Shown in pieces: positions 60,661 to 64,000 of a stretch of 64,000 bases of DNA. A program made the position numbers and the translations under genes. The stretch lies in NCBI GenBank assembly GCA_963555755.3, contig OY820905.2, positions 4,384,001-4,448,000 of the forward strand. Reading direction: 5' to 3'. The DNA is from Nitrospirales bacterium. Lineage in GTDB: Bacteria > Nitrospirota > Nitrospiria > Nitrospirales > UBA8639. Within the stretch, counting starts at the first letter, position 1. Each line of letters opens with the position of its first letter. The notes below the pieces were generated by a model. The model was not told the DNA's origin, did no database searches, and worked only from the letters and a program-made list of their open reading frames with translations.

Positions 60661-61458
60661 ATGAAATCTACTGTCTCGGAAGCCCAAGCCCAGCAGAGGA
60701 TTCACGCTCGGTTTAAGACGGGAGAAGCCGCCAAATCCGTTGGTATTCGCGGAGAAGAACGGGAAGGGATGATCAAGGATTTTGTGCCGGTCATTAAGTA
60801 TATGGCCCTTCGCTTGGCCATGCGTGTTCCGGCGGGCTTAAATGTTGAGGACCTGATTAGCGCAGGAACCGTCGGGCTTTTAGATGCCCTCAGCAAGTAT
60901 GATCCTGGACGGGAAGTGAAGTTTCGGACCTATGCGGAATTTCGTATTCGTGGCGCGATGCTTGATGAAATGCGTGCGATGGACTGGGTGCCTCGGTCGG
61001 TTCGTGAACGCATGGGTCGCATCCAACATGCCGCCAATGAATTTACCAAGCGAAAAGGTCGAACGCCGACCGAACAGGAGCTGGCTACGGAATTAGGGGT
61101 TGATGCCAAAGAAGTGGATGACACGCTGCTGCAAGCCAAAGGGGCCGTCGTATTAAGCCTCGATGATTTGGGCACCTCGGACGATGACGCCCATTCCATT
61201 TTGGATGCCCTGGCTGATACGGAGCAACCAAGTCCTCTTGAATCCTTGTTGTCCGAAGATACCAGAAAAGTGCTCGCCGATGCGATTGATCGACTGCCAG
61301 AGCGGCAACGATTGGTTCTGACGCTCTATTATTTTGAAGAACTGACTATGAAAGAAGTGGGGACGTTGTTGAACGTGACGGAATCCCGCATTTGCCAATT
61401 ACATGCGCAGGCTATGGTCCGGCTTAAAGCTCAACTTAGTACTAAACTGTCTCGTTAA
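60661..61458 (+). CDS. fliA: RNA polymerase sigma-28
   Basis: RIRGAMLDEMRAMDWVPRS and ELTMKEVG..LNVTESRICQ motifs. Confidence 0.96.
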   Translation: MKSTVSEAQAQQRIHARFKTGEAAKSVGIRGEEREGMIKDFVPVIKYMALRLAMRVPAGLNVEDLISAGTVGLLDALSKYDPGREVKFRTYAEFRIRGAMLDEMRAMDWVPRSVRERMGRIQHAANEFTKRKGRTPTEQELATELGVDAKEVDDTLLQAKGAVVLSLDDLGTSDDDAHSILDALADTEQPSPLESLLSEDTRKVLADAIDRLPERQRLVLTLYYFEELTMKEVGTLLNVTESRICQLHAQAMVRLKAQLSTKLSR

Positions 61459-61464
61459 AGATAC

Positions 61465-61605
61465 GGGCACCTCTACAAACCGTCCTTTTCCGTGATGGCG
61501 GCGTCAGCCGCGTGCTCACATCCTCATGTATTCGCCCATACACTCCGGTTTTCCGCGCACGGCTTCCTTGCCCTCACAAAAAATGCCTGGTTTTTAGAGG
61601 TGCCC
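61465..61605. mobile_element. MITE family G
   Basis: Near-identical to 47893-48033. Confidence 0.88.
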
Positions 61606-61901
61606 ATACACCTTTCTTCTCTGATGGGGCTCTTCATTCCTTTGTGGCTCTTTTCCTACCTGCCATAATCTCGACATCCAAATATCGAATTTCGAAACAA
61701 ATCGGAAGCCAAAACTCCAATGTTTCAAACGGGTCATGCCGACTAATTGAGACATGACTTTGGTTCTTTACAATTTGAACATGTGAATGTGTTTCGGACA
61801 GAGATTCGAGTTTTGGATGTATTCAACGGTAAGGAGTTACAGCCCAGATGTCCCTCCCTGTTTCTCATTCCCTACCCCTCCCTATTTTCTATTTCCTCCA
61901 T

Positions 61902-61928
61902 TAAGTTCGATCATACTAATCCCGAGAG
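61902..61928 (+). promoter_or_regulatory. possible sigma28 promoter
   Basis: TAAG-N15-CCCGAGAG resembles TAAA-N15-GCCGATAA. Confidence 0.35.
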
Positions 61929-62037
61929 GTCAGTGAACTCGCTCACTTCAATTTTGCCATTTGGATACCAAAGAGAACGGGTTTTTCATTGGCGGGAACA
62001 TACCATTCAGTAGCACGATACTGCCGAAGGAGCTGCG

Positions 62038-63264
62038 ATGATTGAGCCAACCAATTTGACTTCTGAGAAACTGGGTGTTGTTGGAGAAGTTTCTACTCCG
62101 ACACCACCGGCCACGATTTTACTCGTGGATGATGAAAAGCTTGCCCGCATGGTCACCCGGAAACGACTAGAACGGTTGGGCCATCACATACTTGAAGCGG
62201 AACATGGCAAGCAAGCGTTGGCCGTGCTTGAAGAACATGGCGTTGATCTTATTATCTCGGACTGGATGATGCCGGAAATGGACGGGCCGACCTTTTGTGA
62301 AGCTGTCAAAGCCCATGCAAAATTTCGGTTAATACCCATCATTTTGATGACCGCGTTGGACCAACCTGCGCAAATTGCCGAAGGGTTACAGCGAGGAGCG
62401 GACGACTTTTTAACTAAAGCCGCGTCCGATCAGGAATTGACGGCTCGTGTCACTGCGGGGCTGCGCACGCATCGATTGATTGGCGAACTTGAACAATCCT
62501 ATGCCGTCATTGCAGAAAAACAAAGCGAAATGGAGGCTGAGGTGAAGTCTGCGACACTGTTTGTGACCTCCTTGCTTCCCAAGGCTGGTGAGGTGGCCCC
62601 TGGTGTTCAGATGGATTGGGAATTCATTCCGTCCCTGGGCCTAGGTGGCGATTTATTTCAAGTCACACCGTGGGGTGACGACTATCTTGGGCTGGCCATT
62701 TTGGACATGTCCGGGCACGGGATTGGGCCTTCCCTGCGGGCTGTGTCATTGGCCCTGACGTTTCGGGCGGAACATATGGCACAAACCCATCCCACCTATG
62801 ATCCTGGCGAAATCGTGGCCACCCTCAATAAGGAAAATCCTATGACCCAGGATGGAGAGTATTTCACCATTTGGGTCGGAGCGCTGCATTTGCCAACCGG
62901 CCGTCTCCGGTACGCGACCGCCGGGCATCCTGCCGTGGTGCTGACACGAAATGGACAACCCCTGCAGCAAATTGGTGCAAAGACCTGGCCCATTGGATTT
63001 GGGATTGAGGAAGTGTACGTCAGTGAGGAAATCTTTTTGTTGCCTGGTGATCGATTGTATATGTTCAGCGACGGGATCTATGAAGTCTTCTCTCCAGACG
63101 ACGAGTTATGGGATCGCAAGGGGTTTGAAAGTGCCTGTCAAACCATTCATGCCAAGCCCTTAAAAAAAGGTTTGCAATGGGTGGTTCAACAAGCCAAAGC
63201 CTGGCAACGCCAAGAAACTTTTGGCGATGACGTGGCGCTGGTTGGTCTTGAAATACTGTCGTAA
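62038..63264 (+). CDS. response regulator with a PP2C/SpoIIE phosphatase domain (RsbU-like)
   Basis: REC (DWMMP), GGD, DMSGHG, AGHP, SDG and DD motifs. Confidence 0.93.
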   Translation: MIEPTNLTSEKLGVVGEVSTPTPPATILLVDDEKLARMVTRKRLERLGHHILEAEHGKQALAVLEEHGVDLIISDWMMPEMDGPTFCEAVKAHAKFRLIPIILMTALDQPAQIAEGLQRGADDFLTKAASDQELTARVTAGLRTHRLIGELEQSYAVIAEKQSEMEAEVKSATLFVTSLLPKAGEVAPGVQMDWEFIPSLGLGGDLFQVTPWGDDYLGLAILDMSGHGIGPSLRAVSLALTFRAEHMAQTHPTYDPGEIVATLNKENPMTQDGEYFTIWVGALHLPTGRLRYATAGHPAVVLTRNGQPLQQIGAKTWPIGFGIEEVYVSEEIFLLPGDRLYMFSDGIYEVFSPDDELWDRKGFESACQTIHAKPLKKGLQWVVQQAKAWQRQETFGDDVALVGLEILS

Positions 63265-63451
63265 GGATAGTGAGTAATAAGGTTCGTCGCAGAAATACGT
63301 AGGACAAATCTGAAAATCGAATATCGAAATCCGAAACACATTCAAATGACCAAATTCACAATCACCAAAACGTGGGAAGACAGTTGATACGATCTTGAAG
63401 ATCGAACGCACGAATTGGCCCGCTCTGCCTGCATGATCTGTTTGAACCTAG

Positions 63452-63778
63452 GAGCCTGTCCCAGATTAGACTGATCTACTGCGGATGCACTGGATTTGGC
63501 CAGACATTTCGATCCTTTTCGTTGAACCTAGAAACAGCAGTTGGATCACAAAAGTCCGCGCAAGCTCTTGACGCACCTGGCAAAATACAAAAAGTCTCAT
63601 CACCACGGAGGTAACCACGACTGTTTGTATTTCACCATGCACGCCAATATCTTACACGTCTTTTTTGCGCCCAACTGCCGTTTCTAGGTTGAATAGTCCC
63701 ACTATTCGCCTCAATCGATCGAAATATCCGACTCAAACCAGCACATCCTCGCGACGATCGCTCATCTCGGACAGCCTC
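63452..63778. mobile_element. nested MITEs E[B], inserted into a B-type end
   Basis: E TSD CTAG (63448-63451, 63779-63782); B 63527-63688 with TSD TTGAA. Confidence 0.88.
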
Positions 63779-64000
63779 CTAGAAACGGCAGCTGAATCAT
63801 TCAAATTTTGGGTTGGTTTCGCATTTCGATATTCGGATTTCGAATGTAGGGAAATAGGGAGGAATACGGCGCTGGCAATGAAAGGCCTCTTTGCTTTTAA
63901 CTCATCACAGTCCCTTGGAACGTAACTGCGCGATGCGCCGTAGGTAAATTTGAACCTTTGTGGTAACGAATCTGGATGGGATGCTCCAAGAGCGACCTGA

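Noticed and set aside
1..64000. tRNA, rRNA or named riboswitch
   Set aside because: None recognised by eye; a covariance-model scan would be needed to exclude them.

Overview
Bacterial chromosome segment; gene content and repeat style suggest Nitrospirota/Nitrospirales (inference). 1-4.2 kb is a mobile-DNA pile: two IS4 copies inserted at the same 10-bp site of a REP next to a decayed RAYT gene, and an IS1595 element inside what looks like an integron-type cassette. 4-28 kb is housekeeping: glsA, tldD/pmbA, family-4 udg, hpnE/hpnD, a PHP protein, a folB-methyltransferase fusion, moaC, a moaD-moaE fusion, moaA, accD, folC and lptD. 29-63 kb is a sigma54-controlled flagellar cluster: FleQ-like activator, TPR protein, FleS/FleR-like pair, flgBC, fliE-J, motE-like, fliK, flgDE, fliL-R, flhBAF, flhG, fliA and a REC-PP2C protein. 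The most striking feature is a dense set of about 10 families of non-autonomous palindromic elements (mostly 110-270 bp; my labels A-G, I, J, M, N). They have family-specific terminal repeats and target duplications and nest up to four deep, in both directions. They fold as rods with G-T pairs on one strand, and four families share an internal GCAAGG...ACGCCG core despite unrelated ends. Some remodel gene starts or stops (lptD, the sensor kinase, folB-MT). All product calls come from recognising motifs by eye; no searches were run.
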